From the IMG/VR virus record IMGVR_UViG_3300025030_000060, positions 32,555-96,554 of that record: a DNA stretch of 64,000 nt, one strand, 5' to 3'. Within the stretch, counting starts at the first letter, position 1. Every line of letters starts with the position of its first letter. This DNA comes from a virus. Position numbers and translations under genes: made by a program. The notes below the pieces were generated by a model, which saw nothing but the letters and a program-made list of their open reading frames with translations, did not search any database and was not told the origin of the DNA. This document shows positions 26,496 to 35,944 of this stretch, piece after piece.

Positions 26496-28313
26496 CTATT
26501 CGTATTGCTCGGGGAAATCGTTGGCCGGAAGCGGCTTGTTGGCGGCCTCCCAGGTCTTCCTGTCCTGAGCGGCCATCGGGTACTGCCGGTGGCAGTTGAT
26601 GCAGACTTCTTCCTGCACGTCTGCTCCGCACCACGGGCAAGGCTTGTGGGTCGTCGCGCCCTGATCGTGCTCGGGGTCGTCAATATGCAGCGGGTCGTCA
26701 ATGTCGTGTTCCCCGCTCCTGTCGATCTCCAGCCCGATGCCTTCGAGGATCATCGCGGGCGCTATGCCCCGGTAGATCATCCCTTCGTGCTGGACCTTGT
26801 AGAACGGGCCTTGCGCGGTAGGCACAGACTCAAGAATCATGACCTTCTTTCCTGCGAGCGCATCGCCTTCAGCACGGTGCCCCTTGAGGGTCACTTCGGT
26901 GCCTGCCCCGAAAGGCTCGGCGCTCTCCATGACCATTCCTTCCCCGTCAATCTTGCAGCCCTGCGAGGGGCACTCATAGCCCCCCTCGCAGGGCTCCGTG
27001 CTGGCACCGCACTTTGGGCAGTCGCCACAGGAACCGCTGGTTGCAACGACAGGAGCCGGATAGGTGAAGGGGGAAAGGATCGTGGTGTCCTGGAAAACCG
27101 CCCAGCCGGTAGACTCGGAGCGTTCGGCATAGGTAGCGCGCCCATCGGGAACGCCGACAATCTCGGCAGGGGAACCTGTTTCAACACCATTATCCGGGTT
27201 GCCGTTGTTGTCGCTGCCCCACTCCAGAATCATCGCCCGCCCCGGCATGTCCTGCTCTTCCTGATGCGCGTTGAACAGGTCGATGGCTTCAAGGATTGCG
27301 GTCTCTTCCGGGGCCTTGATCCAGTTCAGGAAATACGCCTTGGAGAGATTGGCAATCTTCCCCTCGGCCTTGAGCTGCACAGACTCGAAGATGTTCTCTT
27401 CCTCCTTCAGGAACCCCATCAACTCGTCGTCGGTGAAACTTTCGATGAAGGCAATGGCGTCATTGATCTCGCAGGAGTTGTTGAACCCCTCGACAAAGGC
27501 GGCGGTGAGCTTCGGGTGTCTTGCTCTGCCGTGCAGCAGATCCTGCGCGATGCGGGTACGGTCGATCTGCACCGGGGCGGTGCCTGCGGCTTCGAGGATG
27601 GCTCCCGTGCCGTCGATTTGACAACCGCATGCGGGGCATTTTTTGCCGCCTTCGCAATCGTCCATCACTGCTCCACACTTGGGGCACTGCGTTTCCATGA
27701 GTTGCCCATCGTTGGCGCTCTCCATGATGCCGCTCTTCAGGTTTTCGAGCTGTTTTTGAAGATCGGTAGACTTGTTGTTTTCCTCTTCGATCTGTGCCTG
27801 GAGTCTCAGCAGGTTCCTGTCCTTTTCTACCACAACGGGCTGGAGTGCCGCAATCTGCTCCTGCACGGCCCCGTTCTGCCCTCTGAATTCCTCCAGAGAT
27901 GCGGTGTAGGTGTGGATCTGCTCGGCAGTGCTGGTATTGACCGCCTTGACCTTGGGGGCGACGACCTTCACCCGCGAAAGCTGCTTTTCCTTCTGCTTCG
28001 CGTAGGCGGGCTCATTCTCCTTGACGTAGGCCAGGACCTCATCGGTGAAGGTGTCCGGCTTGATGTAGTTCTTGATCGCCAGGACCTTGCCGTTCAGCTT
28101 CGCCTGATAGAGACTCCCCCCGGCCTTGATCTTCAGCACGAGGGTCTGACCGCTCTCGAAGGTGAGCGTTGCCGTCTTGATGGCATAGCCGTTCTCGCGC
28201 TTACTCTTGTTGTCGGCCACGGTCTCCTTTACCGGGAACCCCGCCTTATCGAACTTCTGGAGGAGCGACTTGAGCCCCTTTTTGGTGTAGTCCTCAAACT
28301 CTATCGTTACCAT
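26496..28313 (-). CDS. hdf: Hdf-like protein with long C-terminal extension (zinc ribbons)
   Basis: N-terminal F......L..L...F...K...L.FESGQ.L...KLNGK domain plus coiled coil; first gene before darA; start MVTIEF with AGGAGG. Confidence 0.75.
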   Translation of the reverse strand: MVTIEFEDYTKKGLKSLLQKFDKAGFPVKETVADNKSKRENGYAIKTATLTFESGQTLVLKIKAGGSLYQAKLNGKVLAIKNYIKPDTFTDEVLAYVKENEPAYAKQKEKQLSRVKVVAPKVKAVNTSTAEQIHTYTASLEEFRGQNGAVQEQIAALQPVVVEKDRNLLRLQAQIEEENNKSTDLQKQLENLKSGIMESANDGQLMETQCPKCGAVMDDCEGGKKCPACGCQIDGTGAILEAAGTAPVQIDRTRIAQDLLHGRARHPKLTAAFVEGFNNSCEINDAIAFIESFTDDELMGFLKEEENIFESVQLKAEGKIANLSKAYFLNWIKAPEETAILEAIDLFNAHQEEQDMPGRAMILEWGSDNNGNPDNGVETGSPAEIVGVPDGRATYAERSESTGWAVFQDTTILSPFTYPAPVVATSGSCGDCPKCGASTEPCEGGYECPSQGCKIDGEGMVMESAEPFGAGTEVTLKGHRAEGDALAGKKVMILESVPTAQGPFYKVQHEGMIYRGIAPAMILEGIGLEIDRSGEHDIDDPLHIDDPEHDQGATTHKPCPWCGADVQEEVCINCHRQYPMAAQDRKTWEAANKPLPANDFPEQYE

Positions 28314-28402
28314 GCCGCTCCTCCTGTTTTTTGCCCCACAAGATACTTGATTAATTGACAATTCACAATATTTTTATTGGAAGCCCTTTTTGTTGCATTA
28401 TT

Positions 28403-28433
28403 TGTTTGACAGATAATCTAAAAAGAGTATAAA
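28403..28433 (+). promoter_or_regulatory. Promoter/operator of the plus-strand moron
   Basis: TGTTTGACAGATAAT; TTGACA-N16-TATAAA. Confidence 0.6.
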
Positions 28434-28468
28434 TGGAGCAACCATACCTTTCTAAAAAGGAGCCACAA

Positions 28469-28942
28469 ATGACAAATTTAAAGCTGATCCTGATCGCTGT
28501 TATCCTCTCCGTATCGGCTACCCCGGCGATTGCGGGTGACATATTCACCAAGGGGGATACTGTCTGGACGACCACTGACACTGTTTTGCAGGTTGCGATG
28601 CTTGTGCTGCTTGAAGTAGACCGCGAGCAAACCATCTATATCTCTAAACACTCTAAAGGGGACATATATGGCGATGCTGAGACATACCCTGTAGGCACGG
28701 TTCCAATCCCAACATACTATGAACGAAACCAGGGGATCGGCCAAGAGGCGTCCACTGCCAAAATAACCTCCTACTTTATCGCTTACGCGGCAGGCCATAC
28801 GTTGATCTCTTATGGCCTGCGGAAGTCTGGATGGACCATAATGGGCACCCCCGTAGTAACTTTATGGCAAGCTGGCTACATTGTTTACGAGGCGGATGTT
28901 GTACTAAAAAACTATAAGCTAGGCATAAAAATGCAGTTCTAG
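28469..28942 (+). CDS. Exported/membrane moron protein
   Basis: Only plus-strand gene; lower GC; AAGGAG RBS; signal peptide ending PAIA; C-terminal YKLGIKMQF. Confidence 0.75.
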   Translation: MTNLKLILIAVILSVSATPAIAGDIFTKGDTVWTTTDTVLQVAMLVLLEVDREQTIYISKHSKGDIYGDAETYPVGTVPIPTYYERNQGIGQEASTAKITSYFIAYAAGHTLISYGLRKSGWTIMGTPVVTLWQAGYIVYEADVVLKNYKLGIKMQF

Positions 28943-28962
28943 GCCCCCTAACCCCAATATGG

Positions 28963-31900
28963 TTATTCCCACGAGTTGTTACCGTAATAGAAGGTATCGC
29001 CACCGGCTGCCCCTGTGCAAACGTAGAGAAAACTATTCCCTGTTGAACTGGTCCCGTCCGTAACACCCGTTACGGTATACCAACCGTTATCGGTATCCCC
29101 ACCGACAGGTCGGTAATTTCGCGTGGACCTATTGACCGCACGCACCGAATACGTGCGGTACGCATTGACCGCACCCCCCGATATTTCCAGGGCGACCACG
29201 CATGTGCTGGCTGTTCCTACGGCTATGCTGCCGGTGGTTGCACCCGAGGGAGTAAGGTTCTTGATATACAGGTTGCTACCATCCCACCTTAGACTATTAA
29301 ACGAGGTGCTTCCAATGTTGAACTTCCCTACCCCGCTTGAATTGCCGAGCCAATAGCCCGCTGTACTGTAATCCGTGTAACCAGTTTTGCCTGAGCTGAT
29401 ATTAACCGCCCCCGCTGCGAAATTAATCAGACTCCCCAGCGTACTATCCGAGAAAAGCCCGATCCCTGCTACCTTCCCGTTTGCGTCTACCTTGAGGGTG
29501 TACTGAGCGGAATACTGGTTCGCCGCCGTATCGGCTTCGCTGGCGCTGGTCGCCGCACTTGTCGCGTACCCGGAAGCGTTGCTTGCGTGAGTCCCTGCCG
29601 TGGTAGCTGCACTCGAAGCTGTACTGGATGACGACGCTGCGCTATTCGAGTAGGAAAGGGCATTTCCTTCTGACGTACTTGCAGCCGTGGCGCTGTTACT
29701 TGCAGCCGTGGCGCTGGCAGAGGCATTACCCGCCGAAGTAGATGCACTGCTTGCCTGCGATGACGCAGTGCTGGCAGAGGCGCTGGCATTGCTTGCACTG
29801 GTTCCCGCTGCGGTCTCACTGGTCGCCGCATTGCCCGCTGACGTAGAAGCCTGAGAAGCGTAGGTACTGGCACTGCCCGCCGACGTGTTGGCAGCCGTTG
29901 CACTCGCCGCCGCCGCTGTCGCCGACGTGCCAGCCGCCCCCGCCGAGGTTGATGCACTACTGGCCGAGGTTGATGCCGCACTCGCCGACGTGCTTGCGCC
30001 TGCGGCCTCTGATGCTGCGGTAACGGCGCTTGCAGCCGCTGCCGTTGCAGAGTTCCCGGCGTTGGTCGCTTGCGTCGATGCCGTGGTGGCGCTGGAAGCT
30101 GCCGCCGTGGCGCTGCCTCCCGCTGCCGTCTCGCTAGCTGCCGCTGCCGTTGCGCTAGCTGCCGCTGCCGTTGCTGATCCTGAAGCATTGGACGCCTGAG
30201 TAGACGCCGTGCCCGCCGATCCTGCTGCGTTCGTGGCATTGGTTCCGGCAGTCGTGGCGCTGGACGCCGCATTGTCTGCTGAAGTGCTGGCTTGGCTAGC
30301 GTAGGTGCTGGCACTACCTGCTGAAGTGGACGCTGCCGTCGCACTGGCCGCCGCTGCGCTTGCGCTTGTCCCTGCGTTGCCTTCGCTCGTTGAGGCGCTG
30401 CTCGCTGATGTTGCCGCAGCACTCGCTGCCGTAGTCGCATCAGCGGCTTTTGATGTAGCCGTTACCGCGCTTGCCGCCGCTGATGTTGCTGACGTTCCCG
30501 CATTGGTCGCACTGGTTCCAGCAGAACTGGCGCTGGTCGCTGCCGCTGTTGCCGATCCTCCCGCCGAGACAGACTCAGTTATATCCTCACAACTCAACTG
30601 TGCTATTTCATAAGTCGAGGTGGTCCCTGAAGGATAGTTCAATATTGCCATTGGTCGCACGGCCACGATGCCAGTACCAGTACCGACAATTGAGCTGCCC
30701 GGTAATGTAAGAGTATAGGTCTGCCACCCTTGGGCTACTTGTAGATCAGTAGGCCCAGTTAAAACGTACTGATATGCGGCAGAGGGGTACGTTACGTTGG
30801 CGTAACTAGCATCCAACGCTGCATATCCAGCGTACAGGTCTCCTCCCGCCTGGTCAACAGTCCTCCTCGCTACTATGGTAAATCTGTATGTCCTTAATGG
30901 AGATACTGGATACAATTTTCTCGTGAAAATATTCACTAAACCCGTGCGAGATAGTGCAAGGGGTCCACCATTGCCCGAGGTATTAGCCACATTGTAGGCA
31001 TTTGCGTCAGCGGTGATCGGAGGGTTGCTGAGGGTATAGGCATAGGACAGTTCGTTTAGAGGGTCGCTGAAAAGTACACTGGAACTTGCTGCAACAGTCT
31101 CACCGTAACTAGACGCAGCAGATACCGAGGAAGCCGCCGCCGCCGTGGCAGAGTTACCCGCGTTCGTCGCACTCGTTGATGCGCTACTGGCACTGGTCGC
31201 CGCCGCGCTGGCGCTTCCCCCTGCCGTCGTGGCGCTATTCGCCGCGTTGGTTGCACTGGTAGCCGCTGCCGACTCTGCCGACTCCGCTGAGTTCTTCGCT
31301 GTGACCGCTGCCGTCTGTGCCGATTGAGCTGCTGACTGCGCCGTTTCGGCGGCGAGCTTCGATGTGTTCGCGGCACTGGCACTCGTAGATGCGGCACCGG
31401 CAGAAGAACTTGCGTTGCTCGCACTCGTTGCCGCTGCTGAAGCAGACGTACCCGCCGCTGTGTTGGCCGCTTCCGCCGCTACCTTGGCACTCGTCGCCGC
31501 CGTGCTGGCTGTTTCTGCGGCGGTTTTGTAGGTGTCGGCGGAACTTGCAGATGTCGCCGCAGCCGTGGCTGAAGTGCTGGCGTCCGCCGCCTTGGTTGTC
31601 GCTGTGGTGGCGCTGGTGGCCGCAGCACTGGCGCTGGTCCCAGCCTGACCCGCCGAAGTGCTGGCTTGCGAAGCGGAGGTGTTGGCGGCATCTGCAAACC
31701 CTGAAGCTGAAGTGCTCGAAGTAGCGGCATCCGTGGCTGACGTTTCCGCCGCCGTCGCATCTCCATCGGCTTCATTTGCGGCGAAAACTGCATTAGCTTC
31801 CGAAATGGCTGCCGCCGCTGCTGCCGCTGCCGCCCCCTCGACATCCATTACTATGCTGCCTGCGGTCTCCACCATAGCTGATGCCGTCGCCGCTGCGTTG

Positions 31901-32358
31901 ACTGCATTTGACTGCGCCAGTACAGCATTCGCCTGCGCCTGTATGGCTGCCGCTCTTGCTGACGAGGCGTCCGTTGCAGATTGAGCCGCTGCGGCTGCGG
32001 CAGTGTTGGCCAAAGTGGACTTATTGAAGGCCGCTATCGCATCATTCATCGCCGATGTGGCAGAGGCATTTGAGGCATTTGCTGCCGCTGTTGCCTGATT
32101 TACCAAGTTCGTGAGGTCCGTACCGCCCGATGTCCCGATAGTCAGACTTTTCCCCGTTCGATCCGTGGTGAGAGTAATACCCCCCGCGCCGATCAGTTTC
32201 AGCGTGTTGCCGATCTGCGTTGACCGCAATGTTTCCTGGCCCGCAGTGGATAGGTTCATGTAACTGGGGCCGATAATTGTTGCGGCCTGCGCGGAACTGC
32301 TGATAATGACCGCGCTTGCAAATATGACCGCCAGTAACAGTTTAATTCTCGATATCAT
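28963..32358 (-). CDS. Long Ala/Ser/Thr-rich fibre (Stf-like shaft, carbohydrate-binding-like insert, J-like C-terminal domain) with signal peptide
   Basis: ASAAATSA repeats; YTLKVDANGKVAGIGL and GYWLG...KFNIG...LRWDG motifs; N-terminus MISRIKLLLAVIFASAVIISSSAQA. Confidence 0.75.
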   Translation of the reverse strand: MISRIKLLLAVIFASAVIISSSAQAATIIGPSYMNLSTAGQETLRSTQIGNTLKLIGAGGITLTTDRTGKSLTIGTSGGTDLTNLVNQATAAANASNASATSAMNDAIAAFNKSTLANTAAAAAAQSATDASSARAAAIQAQANAVLAQSNAVNAAATASAMVETAGSIVMDVEGAAAAAAAAAISEANAVFAANEADGDATAAETSATDAATSSTSASGFADAANTSASQASTSAGQAGTSASAAATSATTATTKAADASTSATAAATSASSADTYKTAAETASTAATSAKVAAEAANTAAGTSASAAATSASNASSSAGAASTSASAANTSKLAAETAQSAAQSAQTAAVTAKNSAESAESAAATSATNAANSATTAGGSASAAATSASSASTSATNAGNSATAAAASSVSAASSYGETVAASSSVLFSDPLNELSYAYTLSNPPITADANAYNVANTSGNGGPLALSRTGLVNIFTRKLYPVSPLRTYRFTIVARRTVDQAGGDLYAGYAALDASYANVTYPSAAYQYVLTGPTDLQVAQGWQTYTLTLPGSSIVGTGTGIVAVRPMAILNYPSGTTSTYEIAQLSCEDITESVSAGGSATAAATSASSAGTSATNAGTSATSAAASAVTATSKAADATTAASAAATSASSASTSEGNAGTSASAAAASATAASTSAGSASTYASQASTSADNAASSATTAGTNATNAAGSAGTASTQASNASGSATAAAASATAAAASETAAGGSATAAASSATTASTQATNAGNSATAAAASAVTAASEAAGASTSASAASTSASSASTSAGAAGTSATAAAASATAANTSAGSASTYASQASTSAGNAATSETAAGTSASNASASASTASSQASSASTSAGNASASATAASNSATAASTSEGNALSYSNSAASSSSTASSAATTAGTHASNASGYATSAATSASEADTAANQYSAQYTLKVDANGKVAGIGLFSDSTLGSLINFAAGAVNISSGKTGYTDYSTAGYWLGNSSGVGKFNIGSTSFNSLRWDGSNLYIKNLTPSGATTGSIAVGTASTCVVALEISGGAVNAYRTYSVRAVNRSTRNYRPVGGDTDNGWYTVTGVTDGTSSTGNSFLYVCTGAAGGDTFYYGNNSWE

Positions 32359-32382
32359 ATGGATGTCTCCGTTTGCCAGGGT

Positions 32383-33138
32383 TTAAGGTTTGATGCAGTA
32401 CGGAAGTGCTATGTTGCGCGGTCGGGTCTCTGTGCCCCCGGTACTGCTTGTCAAAGCCCCGCTTTCTCCAGCAGCCACGCCCGCATTGACTCGATAGGAC
32501 ATGCTTGATGTCCCGGCATAATCTGCAACTGCGTGGTTATGGCTCTTAAACGCATCAGCCTGATAGCTGCCCAATGCACGCCCCGTATCGATCCCTCTGC
32601 CGCCATCCAAACCCCTGATGAACTCACCCCGTAAGTCGGGCAGGTTGTAGGTTGTCGTCCCATCCCCTGTACCGTAGGTAGTCCCTATTATCCCGTAAAG
32701 AACGGCATACGTTGCCCTGCTTACCGCCGTCCCGTTTGCCGCCAGCCACCCTGTCGGGCAACTGGAACCCGCAAATGCGATTACGGTCCCGGAAGGTGCG
32801 GCCCTGTCGGCAGTCAGACCTTGAGCTGCCGTGGCAAAGTCGGCGGCATGGAGTCCGTCTACCGTGTCGGCATCCCCGGTAATGCTCCCAGGCACCTTGC
32901 CGCTCCCGTTACGCACCGGAATGGTATTCGCTACCGTCCCGGCATTTGCGGCGTAGCCTACCCCGCCTAATGCGATCTGCCCTACGGTGGCTTTCCTCGA
33001 TGCACTCCCCTGAACCACGTTCACGAGGTCTGATGCTGCGACGCTGCTCGCCGCTGGCATCTGCGTGATTTTCAGGTCTGCTGCAAAAACGATGCTCGGT
33101 AACAACATCAAAGCCAGTAAATATCTAAGCGTTTTCAT
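32383..33138 (-). CDS. Short tail fibre with tail-collar domain and signal peptide
   Basis: PSGTVIAFAG...PTGWL.ANG...NLPDLRGEFIRG.D.GRG.D and ETRPRNIAL.YCIK. Confidence 0.85.
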   Translation of the reverse strand: MKTLRYLLALMLLPSIVFAADLKITQMPAASSVAASDLVNVVQGSASRKATVGQIALGGVGYAANAGTVANTIPVRNGSGKVPGSITGDADTVDGLHAADFATAAQGLTADRAAPSGTVIAFAGSSCPTGWLAANGTAVSRATYAVLYGIIGTTYGTGDGTTTYNLPDLRGEFIRGLDGGRGIDTGRALGSYQADAFKSHNHAVADYAGTSSMSYRVNAGVAAGESGALTSSTGGTETRPRNIALPYCIKP

Positions 33139-33152
33139 TGAAGCCCCTCCTG

Positions 33153-34178
33153 TTAAGTGACTATATTGTCTCCATCCTCGGTGAGGATGTGCTCTCCGTC
33201 TTCGGTAATGAGATTGAAAGATTGAGAGAAATCTGTTCCTATGAAAATCATGCCGTCATAGACGATATGCAAAGGCTTGATCTTTTTCACTAAAGTGTCA
33301 ATACGCGTCAAGGCGTCTTGGTCGATTGCGCCCAGGTCTGCCAAAATAACCCCTCTCGAAGTCAGGTAAGCCCCATCAGGTATGCCTGTGGCATCATTGT
33401 AAAACTTGGAACCATACTCTCCGTCTGCCTCTAACGCCCACAATGGCAACCACTCAACCGCACCGCTGATGATGTATTCGCTCTCCCCAGGCGTGAGCAT
33501 CCAGCTATCGCCGCCTTCGCCGTCAACGCCCTCAATGCTCGCCTTTACCAACACTGATTTGCGTGTGCCGTTCGCATCTTTGAGCCAAAGGTCTGGGGAC
33601 GGTATGCCGTCTACGCTGGCGACGGTAGCGAACCAGACATCATTCCCCTCGTCATCGGCTCCAACAATCTGCGCCTGAATTGCTCCAAGTTTCCCGGACC
33701 CGTTTTGATCGGCTAGAAGAATGTCTGCGCTCGGGACTCCCGAACTCGTGCTTATCTCGATTTGCCAGTTTGCACCCTTATCCCACCTTGCTTGGAGTTC
33801 TCCGACTTTCCCGCTCCCCCCTGTGTCTAGCAGAAGCACTGAAGGTGCACTCACTGTTGACCCCTCCAGCCCTATGCGCTGTATCGCGGAGCGGATAGGA
33901 TAATCCGTGTCCTTCATGGCAAGTTCCAGCTTCCGCATGGCGACAGATATAGGAATGGACACTTCCGCCTGATCGGGTTCGAAGTAATCCCCTAGATCGG
34001 CGACTATTCGGCGCTGTCCGTCTGCATCCGCCGTATAGATGGAGTTCATGCGACGGATTTTTTCCAGTTCTGGGTCGAAGCCCGTTTCCCAAAAGGTCTG
34101 TATGGCTGCCCCTAGTTCCGTCCATCTCGCAACCCCCCGTTTGGCCGGGGTCAGCCTTTTTACCAGCCAGTCAAGCAT
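33153..34178 (-). CDS. gp16: Baseplate wedge protein (P1 gp16-like) with repeat insertion
   Basis: WL..RLTPAK, W.PLWA, YLTSRG, PLHIVYDG motifs; follows bplA. Confidence 0.75.
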   Translation of the reverse strand: MLDWLVKRLTPAKRGVARWTELGAAIQTFWETGFDPELEKIRRMNSIYTADADGQRRIVADLGDYFEPDQAEVSIPISVAMRKLELAMKDTDYPIRSAIQRIGLEGSTVSAPSVLLLDTGGSGKVGELQARWDKGANWQIEISTSSGVPSADILLADQNGSGKLGAIQAQIVGADDEGNDVWFATVASVDGIPSPDLWLKDANGTRKSVLVKASIEGVDGEGGDSWMLTPGESEYIISGAVEWLPLWALEADGEYGSKFYNDATGIPDGAYLTSRGVILADLGAIDQDALTRIDTLVKKIKPLHIVYDGMIFIGTDFSQSFNLITEDGEHILTEDGDNIVT

Positions 34179-34190
34179 GATGATTCCTTA

Positions 34191-35597
34191 TTACGGGTAG
34201 GTAAGGGCGAACGTGCTGCCGAGAATGTCAATGGAAACCGCTTCTTTTAGCTGGCTAGGGGATGTGATCCCCGCTACGTTTATCTCATAGTAGGCTCCGG
34301 GCGCTTTAAAGTACCCTGTGTCTTTGACCCGTTTGTACAGGTCGGAAATCCGCACAGAATCAAGCCTTGTGGTCGAGTCAATGCCGTAGTCCTCACTCAG
34401 GAGGTCCTTGAGGTTGCTGACAGCCGTGGGTATGTCTACATCACGACCTATCTTCCCTGTGATGGTGACAGTAAAGGCCGACATTACCGGAACCTCCCAT
34501 TCGAACTTGCGGTTCAGGAGGGGGACTTCGCCAAGTGCCGCAAGTACTTCCGTCGAAAGGGTAACGCTTTCGGGCGCGTAGGCCGAAACGAATATCTTGT
34601 TTATGTTCTGGACGTCAAAGCCACTTTCCTGCTCTTGCTCCTGCTCTCCCCAGCACTTTATCCAAGTAATGCCTGCAATCTTGCTTTTGATATAGAAGGC
34701 GTAGTCGTCATCCCATACCAGCTTTCGATTGTAGCGAGGCCAGTAGTGAAGATTTTTCCTCATTTCTGTGATGCTTTCCGCTGCCCCACCGCCGTCTATG
34801 CTCTCCAGGCTGATTATGCTTAGATTTGCTGGTTCCCCTGCCATATCCAGCACCTCTGAAAGTAGCTGCAACTGCTGTCCTGATACCAGTACGGTTTGCC
34901 CCTCCGAGGTCCAGTAATTGACCTTTATCGCCGCACCGAATGGCGGGATCATTCCAAATATGCCATTGCCGAAACGTATACCGGTTTGACTCATGTGGCT
35001 ATAGAACTCATCGTAAACGGTGGCATCTGCGGCACTGTTCTGGAACAGGGGGGCATAGGTCCACGGTACAAAGCCGTCCCCGGTGTCCACCAACACCTCG
35101 AAGGATACAAGCTTACCGCTCACATCCTTGGGGAAGATGATCTCAAGAAAAGGCGACTCTTCGGAGATGGCGGCCAGTATCGGTTCATGCACAGTGAGCT
35201 GTGAGAATTCCACATCTACATATCCTCCGGGCAGTATGGCTGCCGCGCTTCTCAGCAAATACTCGACCTGCGCGGTGGATATGAACGCCGTATTGTCCGG
35301 GAGGGGAACCGAACTGGCTCCGTTATTGGTGATCCGCACAGTCCCTTTCGAGGGCGTTGTTTTGCGTGGAACATACTCTCTTCCTTCAGCGTGCGCCCTA
35401 ACGGACGAATCGTTGATGGCAGTGGCGAGAAAGAATTCCTGCTTCGCTCTCTCGACCTTCCAGAGTGCATCCCGCAAAGCCCAACTCTGGAAGATCGCTA
35501 TCTGGTCCACAAACTGGCTTTTCGCCAGCCGAACCCACGATGCGCCTGTGCCAATGATCGCTTTGAACTGGTCTATGGCGTCCTGCACAGAAATCAT
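34191..35597 (-). CDS. bplA: Baseplate wedge protein BplA
   Basis: EFFL.TA...SS, IRFGNG.FG.IPP, WGEQEQE motifs; synteny. Confidence 0.85.
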   Translation of the reverse strand: MISVQDAIDQFKAIIGTGASWVRLAKSQFVDQIAIFQSWALRDALWKVERAKQEFFLATAINDSSVRAHAEGREYVPRKTTPSKGTVRITNNGASSVPLPDNTAFISTAQVEYLLRSAAAILPGGYVDVEFSQLTVHEPILAAISEESPFLEIIFPKDVSGKLVSFEVLVDTGDGFVPWTYAPLFQNSAADATVYDEFYSHMSQTGIRFGNGIFGMIPPFGAAIKVNYWTSEGQTVLVSGQQLQLLSEVLDMAGEPANLSIISLESIDGGGAAESITEMRKNLHYWPRYNRKLVWDDDYAFYIKSKIAGITWIKCWGEQEQEQESGFDVQNINKIFVSAYAPESVTLSTEVLAALGEVPLLNRKFEWEVPVMSAFTVTITGKIGRDVDIPTAVSNLKDLLSEDYGIDSTTRLDSVRISDLYKRVKDTGYFKAPGAYYEINVAGITSPSQLKEAVSIDILGSTFALTYP

Positions 35598-35941
35598 AGC
35601 TTAACATCCCCCTCAAAGGCTCCAAAGCCGAAATCAATGACCACATACATGAGGTCTATCTCCTTAAATTCCACAAGGACGCCTTTTAGTACCATATCCT
35701 TGACATCAAGGGAAAGCTTTTCAGCGATGAGCATTTCCGCCATCACGTTTGTATCAGGCCCAGATGGCTCGAACTTCAGCCTTGAAAGCCTGTGCCCCCA
35801 TCCGGGTTTGTCTGCGACAGTCCCTTCAGGCGTCGCAAGCCACTCATAGATGCGCTCTTGCATAGCATGCTCGTCGGGCACAGTAATCACGCCGGATTCA
35901 TCCAATTCCATAATAAAACTGTACTCTTCAATTTGAGCCAT
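35594..35941 (-). CDS. pmgA: Baseplate protein PmgA (gp25-like)
   Basis: R..EWL.TP.G....P.WG motif; synteny. Confidence 0.8.
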   Translation of the reverse strand: MAQIEEYSFIMELDESGVITVPDEHAMQERIYEWLATPEGTVADKPGWGHRLSRLKFEPSGPDTNVMAEMLIAEKLSLDVKDMVLKGVLVEFKEIDLMYVVIDFGFGAFEGDVKL

Positions 35942-35944
35942 GGC

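Noticed and set aside
29480-32060. Repetitive GCC/GCT-rich DNA as a non-coding repeat array
   Set aside because: Explained by Ala/Ser/Thr repeats in the fibre protein.
28363-33150. Cin-type invertible tail-fibre segment
   Set aside because: No invertase gene, inverted fibre copy or cix-like inverted repeats seen.
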